From Octopus vulgaris (lineage: Eukaryota): a stretch of DNA of 64,000 nt. Made by a program: the position numbers and the translations under genes. This document shows positions 13,086-26,113 of the stretch, piece by piece. Below the pieces are notes generated by a model. The model had not been told where the DNA came from. It saw only the letters and a list, made by a program, of their open reading frames with translations, and did no database searches. Within the stretch, counting starts at the first letter, position 1. Each line of letters opens with the position of its first letter. The DNA lies in the NCBI GenBank assembly GCA_951406725.2, contig OX597819.1:80042001-80106000 (forward strand), in the 5' to 3' direction.

Positions 13086-14430
13086 CAATTTAGCACATAA
13101 AAACAAAACAAAGTGGAAAAATAGTACTCGAATACCAAAGGGAGAGTAATAGGATTTTAATAAAGTCGAAAATATCTTCACAAGCTGGTATTCAGATTTC
13201 CACATTACCGGTCTTTTTTCTCTGTAAATCACCGGTTCGGCAAAAGTGATCCGAAGAAATAAGTACCAAACGTAAAAAAAAAACCCGACATCAATAATTA
13301 CTGGGGTTGATTTGTTCGAGTAAGTCCAACATGGTTTCAGTCTAATAACTAAAACAAGTAAAAGAAATAAAAGATAAAAGCCTATGAAATATTTTCCTGG
13401 AAATTAAAAATATACGGAATATTTGAAGCTGGATAAAAACTTGTTCAGAGCAGCACAACAAAAACAACAGTAACGTTACTACATGAAATGAGGAAAATTG
13501 GTCGACTTGAACATTTTTTTCCCATTTTATGTTTCCCATTAAAACGTTGCCCAAACACAGAAGAATCTAAGAAATCAAGTCTGCTAGGTACCGAAACGTT
13601 TACTTTATTCACAACAGGATCTTCAACTTGAAACGTGGGTATTTTCCATTCCGGATCATGCGTTGAAATGCAAATCTGAGATGAATTGGTAGTATAACCA
13701 GAGTGTATGCCGCCCTGGGTTGCGACTGAAGTTTGATCGCCTCTCCTTGGGCCAATACAGCCTGACAGACTGACAGCAGTTCCGAAAGTACCGCGTATAT
13801 TAAAGTGACGCTTGCAATGTTCTGTCCCTTTCACACTTTCTCTCTAGCTACGCTACTGTGGTGAATGTTAGTATTTTTTGCCAAAAATAAAAAAAATTTA
13901 AATTAAAAAGAGGACACAGCTCATTACCTGCGACCGGAGGAAAACTGCCAATATGTCGGTTGACATGCTGCTTGATTGAATATTTAATGTATCAATTGGC
14001 AACTTTTTTCAGAACTTTCTTTGTTAAGCATTTACATTACATCTAGTTACCCTTTGTCACATCTTTCCACAAACATAGGGTAACACGTTAAAGCTCTCAA
14101 TTCCACGTTAGTATGAGCCGTTAATGAAGACCTTGTTAGAGATGCTGGGCAAATTTGCTTCAAGTTATAGTCTATTATGTTGAAAAAGCAAGAGCGTGTT
14201 AGACAATGCTAGTTAAAAATGTGTCACATCTGGAACCATAACCATCTCCTTCAAAAACAACGCGTTTGTTCATAGGTCTGGTCAATCACTGTTCACTTGG
14301 AGCTACACATCATCAACAAACATATATGTATGCATGTATGTATACATGTATGTATGCATGTACGGGTATGTATGTATAATTATACATAAATATATATATA
14401 TATATATATATACATATATATTATATATAC

Positions 14431-14463
<33 letters not shown>

Positions 14464-14465
14464 TA

Positions 14466-14605
14466 TACCGGAGTACACACATAAACGTGAAACAAGGTGG
14501 AAAAAAAGAGTACTCAAATACCAGTGGTAGACTAATATGCTTTATTTAAAGTGGCAGAAAATTCTACAAAACCTGTTACTCTGGGTTTCGTGGCTTTAAA
14601 TAAAG

Positions 14606-14610
<5 letters not shown>
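14466..14610 (-). mobile_element. Penelope-like terminal repeat fragment (same family as 63030-63105), in (TA)n
   Basis: Minus strand GAAACCCAGAGTAACAGGTTTTGTAGAATTTTCTGCCACTTTAAATAAAGCATAT aligns to 63050-63104; 17-bp inverted repeat 14535-14551/14594-14610. Confidence 0.7.
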
Positions 14611-14677
<67 letters not shown>

Positions 14678-14739
14678 CATATATATATATTATATAGACA
14701 TATACATATATGTTATATAAGCATATACATATATATGTG

Positions 14740-14776
<37 letters not shown>

Positions 14777-15157
14777 TGTATATGTATATATACATATTAT
14801 ACATACATTACATATATATATATGTGTGTGTGTGTGTATACATATATATATACATATTTGTATTTGTAGCATGTATATAGCTATACTTATTAGTGCATTG
14901 ATATATGATTTAATAGAATGACAATTTTTTTCAGTGTTCTTCCCACTTTTGCTAAAATTTATAAGTGTATGAGACTTTGAAATCTCCTTGTTTATGTACC
15001 TAATTACAAATGAAGCCTTGCAGAGTATACATCAAATTATGGGAAATTGGATGTAGTTTCGGGAAATAAACATAAATAGTGCATTTGTTAGTAATATTAT
15101 ATGTTTATGCAAGAAAATTGCATGCTGGAAAATTATTTACGAGTAGATGCAAATTGC

Positions 15158-15388
15158 ATATCTTTACGTGATTGCAAAATATATCCTCCCTTGGTACTGT
15201 TTAGTATAAAATGATCCAATTTGAGAATCCGCATACAGTTTTGAATAATAGAGAAAAGTTTTAAGAAAATCTTATATCTTTACGTGATTGCAAAATATAT
15301 CCTCCCTTGGTACTGTTTAGTATAAAATGATCCAATTTGAGAATCCGCATACAGTTTTGAATAATAGAGAAAAGTTTTAAGAAAATCT
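15158..15388. repeat. Exact 115-bp tandem duplication (period 116)
   Basis: 15158-15272 is identical to 15274-15388. Confidence 0.95.
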
Positions 15389-17109
15389 ATCATGACGTAA
15401 GAAAGTTATGTGACAAGTTCCACACGAATGTACTCCAATACGAAAACATTCAAAATCCTTTACATATACACTTCACTATGATACGTATTAAACCATTGCC
15501 TTGTATGGTGAAGTTTATTTGAGTAACAGCTGCAATAAAAGTGAGTTGACTCTCCGTTTCTTTCCGTGCATCATACAATGGATGTTGATGTGTGCCATTG
15601 TCATGAATATTCTTAACCTACACTCGAATAAGATTTTCTGTTTCTGTGACCGAATATCGGGGAAATTTTAACTCGTTGAACGATGTTAAACGTTGCTGAA
15701 ACATTGTTCTCAAAGTATTTCCTTTGCAAATATATTTCTGCCAGGAACGAAATTTTTTCAATTTTCGAAAATGTTTGTAAACAACAGACGATAAATCACT
15801 CTACTTCAACCAGACAAAAAAAAATTGTCTCACGAATTTCAATATTATTCATAAAAAAAAAGAACAAGCCTACTTAGAATTACCATAAAATTTCGAGCAA
15901 CAAATAGAATGGGCTTTTCTTCTGTAAAACACTTTTGTACAGAATAAGACTTCTGTAAATACAGTGAACCAGTACGTAGCTTCCAGTCGTTCAACAAACC
16001 GCTTTTTGACAAAGCGTGTGGCACCTTATCGGTTCAGAAATGAGTTCCAATCTCTAAAAGCTAATGTGCTCTGCCAAAGAAAGTGACAAGCGAACAAGCA
16101 GACATCGCAACGCATCCTGTCTCCTGTTTATCATCTTATAAGAATGAAAAGGAAAGGTTAACGTCGGCGGAACTTGAATTAGTCTCAGTCAAATACTGCG
16201 TTATTTTACAAATATGTAAGTCTTGCATTAGTGGTAGACTGAATCCGTGGCCAGGTTTGACTGGAAATATCTAAAATAATATAACTGACACCAAGAAACA
16301 AAATAAATAGGAAGAGAGAAAGAGGAAGCCTATGAAATATTTCGATGTAAAACACCAACAATTAGACCTTAAAATAAGCAAATATAAACAGACAGCACAA
16401 GTTCGACTTAGAGGCAATCCACAGTATTCTACTGAAAGGAAACGTTTCCTGATGATATTTACATCATCGATGGCCTTAACTTTCGATCAAAGACATTACA
16501 CTTGGAACATTCTTTCAGTTAGGAACATGCGTCTAATGTGATCGCTCTTTAATAGAAAAACTTGAATGAAATTTGCTATTTTAGCAGATCGAGCGTCCAC
16601 TTAGACGCTTCCTCGTTGGCTCGTTAACTTCAGCCAAACTGGAATAATCGAGATTGTAATATTCACTGGGCCCTGAAATGTGTATAAGTTTCAATGGATA
16701 GTCATATTCTTCTTCAACGGACGAGTAATCTAAAGCCAAATATTTCCATTAAAATTTTTTCGAGGTGTTAACATATTTCTAATTAATTATTGTGGTTGAT
16801 ATAATTGATTCAACCCTTGTTGCGCGCCTCACAAAAATATATCGTTGTACCTACAATAGAAACATGTAACTGCTTCTAATGTAGACACAACACTAGCAAT
16901 TTTTGAGGAGTTAAGCATAACTGATGCCATCGACCCCAGTACTCGACTGGTACCTCATTATTAATTATTTATTTTAATTTCTATTTTACGCCCTTATATT
17001 ATAAAACTTTAATGTTATAGTATCTCTATTTTGATCGTTGTAAACCTCACCTCCTTGTGTGCTGTATATCATCCACTGTCATTGTCTTTTATGTCTTGGT
17101 TCCTTGGGG

Positions 17110-17472
17110 GGCCAATGAAAAAAATATCATTATCATTGAGAGAGCAGTGCATGCCATCACAGTGACACTGGGGTACAAATATACTAAGCACAGTATACCC
17201 ATCGTGACTACCCGTGTGATAAGGGTATATCAGGTAATGCACCACAATAACATGTGCGTGACATGGTGATCTCATATCAAGATAAACAGCGCATGACCTT
17301 GCAGGTGGGGCCGAGTTAGAATTTTCTTCACGTCGAGTAGCTCATCCCATTCAAGAGGTCCCTGAATAAGGGGTGTTTAACGCCTATGTTTCCAGAAGTG
17401 AATTATCCAAACTCAAAAAATTCTTCTTAATACATGGCTACGATGCTCCCCCACTATTCCTGCTCATGATCG
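17110..17472. mobile_element. Probable interspersed repeat fragment, family unassigned
   Basis: GC-balanced island with no coherent ORF; resembles a common octopus repeat from memory only, single copy in this window. Confidence 0.3.
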
Positions 17473-17659
17473 ACTTGCTTACGGAAAACAACCTCCAGGC
17501 CGGATTCTAAAAGTAGCGGGAATGCAGGGACCGTTGTATTGCAGCACAAGGTGACTATTTGTAAGGAGATGATGTTAAAACTTACGTAAATAAGTTATTT
17601 TTTATTAAACATAACAAGTTCGGGAACAGTTCTTCATACCACATAATATTGCACATAAT

Positions 17660-17848
17660 ATCGGTTTCAAGATCAGGAATTTCGCGGGAGTAGGAAAGTC
17701 GATAACAGTGACACAGTATTCAACCATCACTTATTCTATCGACTCCGAAAGGATGACCTCAGCGGCATTTGAACTCAAAATATTAAGACGGGCGAAATGC
17801 CGCTAAGCATTTTGCCCGGCATGGTAACGATTTTGCCAGCTTGTTGCC
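17660..17848 (-). mobile_element. SINE family A copy
   Basis: Reverse complement of head (GGCAAAATCGTTACCATGCCGGGCAAAATGCTTAGCGGC) and B-box. Confidence 0.8.
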
Positions 17849-17849
17849 A

Positions 17850-18470
17850 ACGTTGTTAGTGTCGTTGTTATTGATAGTGGTGGTGGTACTGTTGTTGTTA
17901 TTGTTGTTGTTGCTGTTGCTGATGATGATGTAGTTGCTGGCGCTGCTCTTGCGGTTCTTCCAATTATTGTTATCACTACGACTTCCGCTATTTCTGCCGC
18001 CTTCGCCACCCTAGCCGTAGTCAGCACTATCATCAGCGCCACCTCTTCTTTAAACATCATCTCTAACACCGTTAAAATTACTGCCGTCTATCACCACCAA
18101 TAACACCACCGCCACCACCACCACCACCACCACCACCACCACCACCTCTACCACTACTACATCCGCTCTAACCAACAATCACCCCAACACCAACACCACT
18201 CTCCTCTCATCACTAAAACCATCTCTACCACAACCGCCTTCTCCACAACTATCACCATTCCTGCCACCACTACACCCCTCCCCACCACTAGCAGCGCAAC
18301 TAACACCACCACCACCATCACCACCATCACCACAACCATCACGATCAACATCACCACCAACATCAACATCACCATCATCATCACCATCACCACCAGCACC
18401 AATGCCAGCACCACTATTGCAATCACTGCAACTACGAACCACCGCTGCTGCTGCTGCTGCTGGTGTTGAT
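17850..18470. repeat. Degenerate trinucleotide region (GTT/GCT)n then (CAC/CAT)n
   Basis: Direct observation. Confidence 0.85.
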
Positions 18471-18717
18471 AGAATTATATTTAGATTAATTCTTTAATTC
18501 ATTAGAGCCGTGTTTGGACAAGCAGCAGTGAGTTATTATGGCAATAAATAAAAGGAAGAGATTAAGATAATATGGGAAGGATTATCACAGAACAAGGAAT
18601 TTCAATTCACATAAAGGCCCCCACAATATTACCGATTAATTCCTGTTCTACTACAAACCAAACAGTCTACAGTTCGTGCTCAGTTACTAACATTGCATCA
18701 TTTTGCATTTTATTTAA

Positions 18718-18854
18718 GATGTGGTTAAGAATCCCGCTTGGGGTTCAGTCCTACAGGGTGAGACCTTGGGTGAGTATCTTCTATTATTACCCCGGGCCGA
18801 CCAATGCCCTGTGAGTGAGTTATTTAGATGAGAAAGTGTGAAAAACCGTCGTAT
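18718..18854 (+). mobile_element. tRNA-derived CORE-like SINE family B (OR2-like), 5' half; its tail is interrupted by an RTE insertion
   Basis: GGGTTCAGTCC B-box, ACCTTGGG...CGGGCCGACCAATGCCCTGTGAGTG matches the 46531 copy. Confidence 0.75.
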
Positions 18855-18864
18855 ATAAATGCAT

Positions 18865-19513
18865 CTCATTCTCCATCTCTCGCCTCAATTGTCACTTCTT
18901 GACCGAGATACACATGGCTGCTCATCTCTTCTATTTCATCGCTTCCAACTGTTAGGCGATCGAACGGTACACTCTCAGACCGTATGTACTTGGTTTTAAG
19001 TGGTGAAGGATGTGCTGAAGGCGAACCTAGACAAAGCAACTCGCGCCAATCTCTTCAATAGCACAGTCTTGCTTGCAATGTTATACGCATGTGAGACTTG
19101 GTCCTTGACGAAGAGAGAAGAACAACATCTGCTTACGGCGCAGAGAGTCTTAGAAAGGTCGATGTTGGGAATCTGGCTGACAGATCACATCCAGAATAAG
19201 GAGATCAGGGATAGGACTAGAACTAGAGTCAAAGATCTCGTGGCAGAATAGCATCATGCAAAGCTACGATGGGCCGGTCATGTCGCAAAGTTCACAGACA
19301 AACGGTGGCCCCGTGCAGTTGTCGAGTGGTACCCACTCGAACGGAAGAGACCACTCGGAAGACCTCCTATGAGATGGGAAGGAGATTTAAGAAAGATGTT
19401 TGGAAGAATGTAGAGGAGAATGGTGAGAGCACGAGGGGAATGGAACGAATGTTGCAGCCAGCGGAGGTAACTCGGCACCAGACAGCCTGACCGATCGAGG
19501 TGATCCACGTGAC
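18865..19513 (+). mobile_element. RTE-clade LINE insertion, 5'-truncated with inverted 5' segment and TSD
   Basis: + frame LFNSTVLLAMLYACETW...LRWAGHV...KRPLGRPPMRW; 18866-18998 minus frame KTKYIRS...IEEMSSHVYLGQ; flanking ATAAATGCAT/ATAAATGTAT. Confidence 0.9.
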
Positions 19514-20096
19514 ATAAATGTATATGTGTGTGTGTGTGTGTGTGTGTGCGCGTGTGTTTTCATTCACTCCCAGTAGTACAGGAGGAGGTTTCACCTCTCG
19601 TGTGTGCTTACAGCTCAAACACTAACCGAAAAGCAATGTGTAAAAGAGGATAAAGACTATTTCTAAATGCTTTAATGTAATGGTACCATGCAAAATTTGT
19701 TCCAGCTCTTTACACTGTGAATTCAAATGGGGTTCAAATTAATTCTATCCTTCATCCGTTTAGGATTGATAAAATGAATTACCAGCTAAGTAATGTGGTT
19801 GATAGTGTCAGCTAGCTACTCCCATTCCAACACCTCATTGCTGAATTTCTGTTTCGTTGTTTTTCTGAGTACATGCTTTTCTATATTTCTTGAATTATAC
19901 TAGTAGTTAATAACTATTTCTGGTCATAGGTCGTCGTATTAGTCTCAAATATCTAGTCTATAGCAGTTGTCATATTAAGTACTAATAGTTGGCTGTACAG
20001 TGGTATCAATCGCGTTAAACAGTATTGATTCTGGAAAGGCCATTTGCGCTTTCTAAGTATCTCTAGTTGTGGTTCGAAATTATATGATTGACAATA

Positions 20097-20295
20097 AGTA
20101 TTCTTTTCTACACTAGGCACAAGGCCCGAAATTTTTGGAGAGTTGGGGCCAGTCAATTAGACCGACCCATTACGCAACTGGTACTTAATTTATCGACCCC
20201 GAAAGAATGAAAAGCAAAGTCGACCTCGGCGGAATTTGAACTCAGAACATAAAGACAGACGAAATACTGCTAAGCATTTCACCCGGCGATTAACA
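20097..20295 (-). mobile_element. SINE family A copy
   Basis: Reverse-complement match incl. B-box and GCTTTTCATTCTTTCGGGGTCGATAAATTAAGTACCAG. Confidence 0.9.
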
Positions 20296-20309
20296 ATAAG
20301 TACTAGTTG

Positions 20310-21560
20310 AAGACTGGTGTAATTCTCGAGCGATGTAACTTCCACCTCATGCGATTCATCGCAGTTAGGATAAGTAAAAAATTTTGGCTTCAATGGAAAA
20401 CTGCTAAAATTAAATCCTTCCAAAAGCTTCCGACAGAGACAGCCCTTGCTATCTGGCAACTGTTTCAACTGAAAACCGTTTCGGTCACATTTTCAGATGC
20501 GCGATCAAAAGCCATGTCCAATGACATCTATTCTGTAATTATAATAAGCTATCTAAATAATTTTCAATCACCTGCATAGTCCGTTAAGAGTGTCCTCTTG
20601 TTGGTCTTGAATCTGGAAACACTGCTGCAGAAGATGGAGGTGTAGAGCGAGATCCCGCTCTAACTGTGATGTAGGAATTAGATCTAGAAAAAGGCTAAGG
20701 AGTAGAGATGACGAATACCCTAACCTCCTCTATTATATCATTTCCTGACTACTGCCCATTGCACCAGTTGTGTGAGTGTGCTTTTGCTCTAGGAGAAGTG
20801 ACTCGTTCCTCTGAATAATCTGTCTATATACTGTCAATACTATCTACATAGCAGACTCGGTATCCTGTGGCTCAAAATGCTCAGCATTAGATAAAGCTAA
20901 AGCTTCAGTGAAAGCTGCTTTAGGATAGCAAATCTGCTCTTTGTTACTCAAGTACTATTCTCTATAGCAAAGTGCAACGTTAAGTGTTTAGCATTTCAAA
21001 TATCTTGAAGTACTTGAAGCCCTCTGTTGTTGAGCCGTGCAGCCAGTTGTAGAAGATTAGTTGTAGACGGGAGTGGGGATATTTGGAAGAGAGTCCTGGC
21101 AATACAGAACTGAGATATCTCTTTCAGAGGGCTTTGAACGCGTGATAACAGAAAACATAAGGATGCACCTGTATAGCAGTGCTACTGGTGATAAGGTGGT
21201 ATTATTGTATTGGGATAGAATCTGCAGGCGTAGTACTATAGTCAGCCGTATCTGCCTATAATGCACACAAGGTATTGAAACCGTTGTGCATGCGCTCACT
21301 CAGTGTCCGAGCATTGCTAACAAGTTCATTTAGGTCCAATAGTGTTGCTACATATAGAATCGATCCGGCTATCGATCCGGTCCATCGCTGCTTTCTTTCG
21401 ATCGGAAAGGAGAGGTTGTTTTCCAGTGACTGGCATTCGAAGAAACTCAGAAATACGCAATGAAGTAGACACCAAGGAAATGATTACAGGCAGGCTCTTT
21501 TATTATCGACCAATCTTTCATGCAATTCTTTCGAGTACAGCTTGAAATGAGAAGTGATTA
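20310..21560 (+). pseudogene. Highly degraded Tx1/L1-type ORF2 (RT through C-terminal zinc knuckle)
   Basis: Frameshifted motifs NFHLMRFI, KASDR..CYLATV...FGHIF, LNLETLLQK and CL*CTQGIETVVHALTQC (CX2CX7HX4C). Confidence 0.65.
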
Positions 21561-21824
21561 TATGGTTATGAAGGGTGAAAGAGGATGGTGTGTATCGCCA
21601 ACTAACACGAATGCAAGAGGGCACATACAAATGGTAGAGTCAGTAATCCGGTATCTGTAGTGTTCTTAAATTAGTTTCAGGTATTAACTCTAAATTTGTT
21701 CCTTTCTATTTATGTGGTGAGTTTTCAAGCCTGCTTCGTTCGTACTCTGTTATAAAATATCTCTGATTTCTCATTTACGTTTTCTTACAACTTCCACTGT
21801 TGCCCGTGCTGCGGAAGGAAGAAA

Positions 21825-22010
21825 TTCTTCTTCTTCTTCTTCTTCTTCTTCTTCTTCTTCTTCTTCTTCTTCTTCTTCTTCTTCTTCTTCTTCTTCTTCT
21901 TCTTCTTCTTCTTCTTCTTCTTCTTCTTCTTCTTCTTCTTCTTCTTCTTCTTCTCCTCCTCCTCCTCCTTCTCATTATTATTATTATTGTTATTATTATT
22001 GTCATCATCA

Positions 22011-22057
<47 letters not shown>

Positions 22058-22067
22058 GTTGTTGTTG

Positions 22068-22098
<31 letters not shown>

Positions 22099-22105
22099 CA
22101 TCAGC
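21825..22105. repeat. (CTT)n followed by (ATT/GTT)n
   Basis: Direct observation. Confidence 0.97.
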
Positions 22106-22278
22106 ATTTATAATGGTATTACTATTACATTTCTTGTCTCTGTTTTTATTAATTTTACCATAAATATTTCAATATAAATTAACACGAAATAAAAAAGCTA
22201 GGGAAATACAAGTTGACATTTTGAAGAAATACACAGGGCAACACAAAGACACATACACACAAACACATACACACACAT

Positions 22279-22326
<48 letters not shown>

Positions 22327-22449
22327 GATATAACTTTATATATAAATGCATTTAAGAACATATGTGTATAACATGTATATATAAATATATGTGTGTGCGC
22401 ATGTGTGTGTGTCTGTAGGTGCACGTGTGGAAAGACACACATACTTGTG

Positions 22450-22514
<65 letters not shown>

Positions 22515-22692
22515 GTGCATATACATATAAATACATATATTTGACGACTCGAGTATACATAAAAAAATACGTACAAAATTATACAATGCAAGCAAAAAAA
22601 TTTATTTCAATTATGTTTTATAGATATTTCAATATTTTTTACTGTCCTTTCTAAATGGAAATTGATAGACACCGTATAAAAATACACAAGTA

Positions 22693-22742
<50 letters not shown>

Positions 22743-23235
22743 TATATAAGTTTTTCTCAGAATCTTTTTCTGTCTATCTCTTACTCTCTCCCTTTTTCTC
22801 TTTCCATCTCACTGTCTCTCTTTCTCTTTCTCTCTCCCTCTCTCTCTCTCTCCCCTTTCATGCCCTCTATCAAACAAGCCTGCACTTAATCCTTATCTCT
22901 GTATATTTACGTGTACATGTCTGTAAGTATGTACAGTTATGAATCAACATCTATGCGTATCTGTGTGCGTACTTGTATATCTAGATACCAATCTTTATGT
23001 GAGTATGCGTTTGTATATGTGTGTGTATGTTTGTATGCGTTGGTGTATGTGTGTGTGTGTGTGTATCTTTGTATGCGTTCTTTATTGTCCAAATTTTATA
23101 TTGTATATGATCATACATATATGTACATATATACAAACATGGATACATACCTATAGGTGCCCTGCATAGATATACGCACACATGTATGTGCGTTTATATA
23201 GACACGTAATTATTTTGAATAAAACCTTACAAGTG

Positions 23236-23288
<53 letters not shown>

Positions 23289-23300
23289 CATTATATATAC

Positions 23301-23372
<72 letters not shown>

Positions 23373-23389
23373 CATATATACATACATAC

Positions 23390-23420
<31 letters not shown>

Positions 23421-23861
23421 CACTTACATGCATACATACATACATACATACACACACATATATATGAATGTGTGTATAATTATATATATAGACATCATGT
23501 ATGTATCATGTATATATCATACATATTTATATTTCTATACCTTATGTGCCTTATATATATGTTTTAAAAAATACCGTGTGTTCGCGCGAAAGTGTTTTTA
23601 CGCTCATTTTTAAATCGAATATATTCCTGTTAAGAACGAAGCAGCAAACATGATGATATTTATATTGTACTTTATATTATTATTGGAAATTTCTTCAAAC
23701 TCTTTCTATCTTCTGCTTTTCTTATTTGCAAAACCTTAATGCCCAATTATTATCAATCTATCTCTCCACCTCCCCATCTAACTATTTATTTACCTATGCA
23801 CCTATCCATCTCTCTATTCATATCTATATACGTAATTGGCTATGTAACTATTTATGCAAGA

Positions 23862-24242
23862 CTAGCAGTATCGCCCGGCGTTGCTCAGGTTTGTAAGGGA
23901 AATAACTATAAAGCATTTTTAGAGAGTTATAGCCAAAATATAGCAAAAAAATGGAAAAAAAATGATGGTAAATTTTTTTAGAGTTAAAAAAGGTGGAGTT
24001 GCGTCCACTAGACGGTCTGTGGTTTGGGTTTCTGATTCTCGACCCCATGTCGAATTTATCGATTTTTTTCAGAACTGGGGGAACTTTTCAAAATTTTCGC
24101 TGCGTTAGTTTTGAATTATGACATTGGGCTATGTGTGTGTCAAGTTTCATCAGAATCGGTTGAAAGCCGTGGTCAGAGTGAGGGTACGAGAAAACAGACA
24201 CACAGAAAACGCACAGACAAACTGCCGTTTATATAGAGAGAG
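23862..24242 (-). mobile_element. Non-autonomous Helitron
   Basis: Minus strand begins TCTCTCTATATAAA, ends with GC-rich subterminal hairpin CCTGAGCAACGCCGGG then CGATACTGCTAG|T (5'-TC...CTAG-3'). Confidence 0.8.
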
Positions 24243-24667
24243 ATTTTGTCTTAAACACATTCATACATACATACACATACACATATGTAAACGCTGTTGG
24301 ATACGAATACATACATAAGCATACGCACGAGTACGCGCCTATGCACAAAGCCTACCCAACTCATTGAATATTATTGTATCTGTGATTGAGTTTATATAGA
24401 CACCTGTACTCTTAATTAAACTCTCAGGCGATACTCTCTGCATGTCAATGTGACAAAGCTGGACTTTAAAATTATGAGGATAGTCAACTAACGCGATTCT
24501 ACTCTGTGACTACGCAAATTCACTCACAAATCATCGCTTGGTCTGTCGCTGAATATCTGCGTGTGTATGTGCGTGTGTATGTGTGTGTGTATGTGTGTGT
24601 ATGCGTTTGTGGTGGGGGAGTGCGAATACGGGATCACGTGATTGCAAAGTGAAATTATTAACTACTG

Positions 24668-25070
24668 TATTCTTTTTACTTCTTTCTGTCATTTGACAAG
24701 CGGCCATGCTGGAGAACCGCCTTCAGTTGAGGAAATCGACCCCAGGATTTATTCTTTGTAAACCTAGTACTTATTCTGTTGGCCTCTTTTGCTGAGCCGT
24801 GAAGTTACAGGGACGTAAATACACCAGCATCGGTTGTCAAAGGATGTTGGTGGGGCACAAACACAGACACACAAACTTGGGCAGATGTTGTCTACTATAG
24901 CCTCGGGCTGACCAAAGCCTTGTGAGTAGATTTGGTAAACAGAAACTCAAAGCTCATCGTATATGTATATATAGTGGAAGACACTTATACAAGGTGCCAC
25001 ACAGTGGAACTGAACCCGGAACCATATGGTTGTTAAGCAAGCCACTTACCACGCAGCCACTACTGCGCCT
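24668..25070 (-). mobile_element. SINE family B copy with its middle segment in opposite orientation
   Basis: Tail 24668-24875 and head 24975-25068 on minus; middle 24877-24960 on plus. Confidence 0.75.
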
Positions 25071-25611
25071 ATATATATATAAATTAATGAAAAATGTATG
25101 GTAAATAAACGTATACTGAGAGTACAACCGGATGGGAGACATACAGAGCAGGCTCCTAATTCTTCATCAGTTTTCTACCAATTGGTAATACTCAGTTTCG
25201 CACCATTAATGATAAGTCTGAATGCTTCCCAAAATGGCGGTTCCCGCAAAAACTTGCTTTGCGGAGAATTCAGGGCCGAGAGCAAATATAACAAAGCAAA
25301 ACAACACCGAATGTGATTTAGGTCGGTGGACAAGGACAAACAGGAGAGCAAAATACGGTCTTAGGGCCAAGAAGCCAAGAATAGTGGGTAATACTTAGAA
25401 ACTATCTTAAAGAATAGAGAACGGAGAAACAGGGAATTTGCGACAGGCCAGCTACGGGACTAGTTTGAGAAAGGGAGAAATCGCCACGGGTCACGTGACA
25501 GCAGCGGGCAGAGGAGAAAGACAGCAAGAGAGAAGGAAAGAGAGCGACAGAGAGAAAAAAACGGGAACGGATGAAGGGAGGAAAAAAAAGAAAGGCGAAA
25601 GGCTAGGAATA

Positions 25612-25838
25612 TATTTCTTTACTACCCACAAGGGGCTAAACACAGAGGGGACAAACAAGGACAGACAAAGGGATTAAGTCGATTACATCGACCCCAGTGC
25701 GTAACTGGTACTTAATTTATCGACCCCGAAAGGATGAAAGGCAAAGTCGACCTTGGCGGAATTTGAACTCGGAACGTAACGACAGACGAAAAACGGCTAC
25801 GAATTTCGCCCGGCGTCCTAACGTTTCTACCAGCTCGC
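25612..25838 (-). mobile_element. SINE family A copy with target-site duplication
   Basis: High-identity copy flanked by GCTAGGAATA at 25602-25611 and 25837-25846. Confidence 0.92.
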
Positions 25839-25968
25839 TAGGAATACATAAAGGTGAGAGAGAAAAGGAAAAAGTAGAAAGGCTACAATAGAAGTGAGAG
25901 GTTGAGAAAAGGAGAAAGTAGAAAGGCTAAAATAGAAGTGAGAGGATGAGAGAAAGAAAAAGGGAAAG

Positions 25969-26020
<52 letters not shown>

Positions 26021-26113
26021 CACCGGTATATAAAAACTTACTTGTTAATACAAATTCAGTGTACGAATACATGAGAATAAATGAGAAAATATATGTTAAT
26101 ACATTTTTTCATT

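Noticed and set aside
17803-18442. Mucin-like or Gly/Asp-rich ORFs
   Set aside because: Degenerate (GTT)/(CAC) trinucleotide tract next to a SINE head; no splice or domain support
25160-25230. CTGATGA and GAAAC...GTA on the minus strand
   Set aside because: Boxes are in the wrong order or unlinked for a type-I fold and no convincing stems for another topology; at most a decayed half-motif
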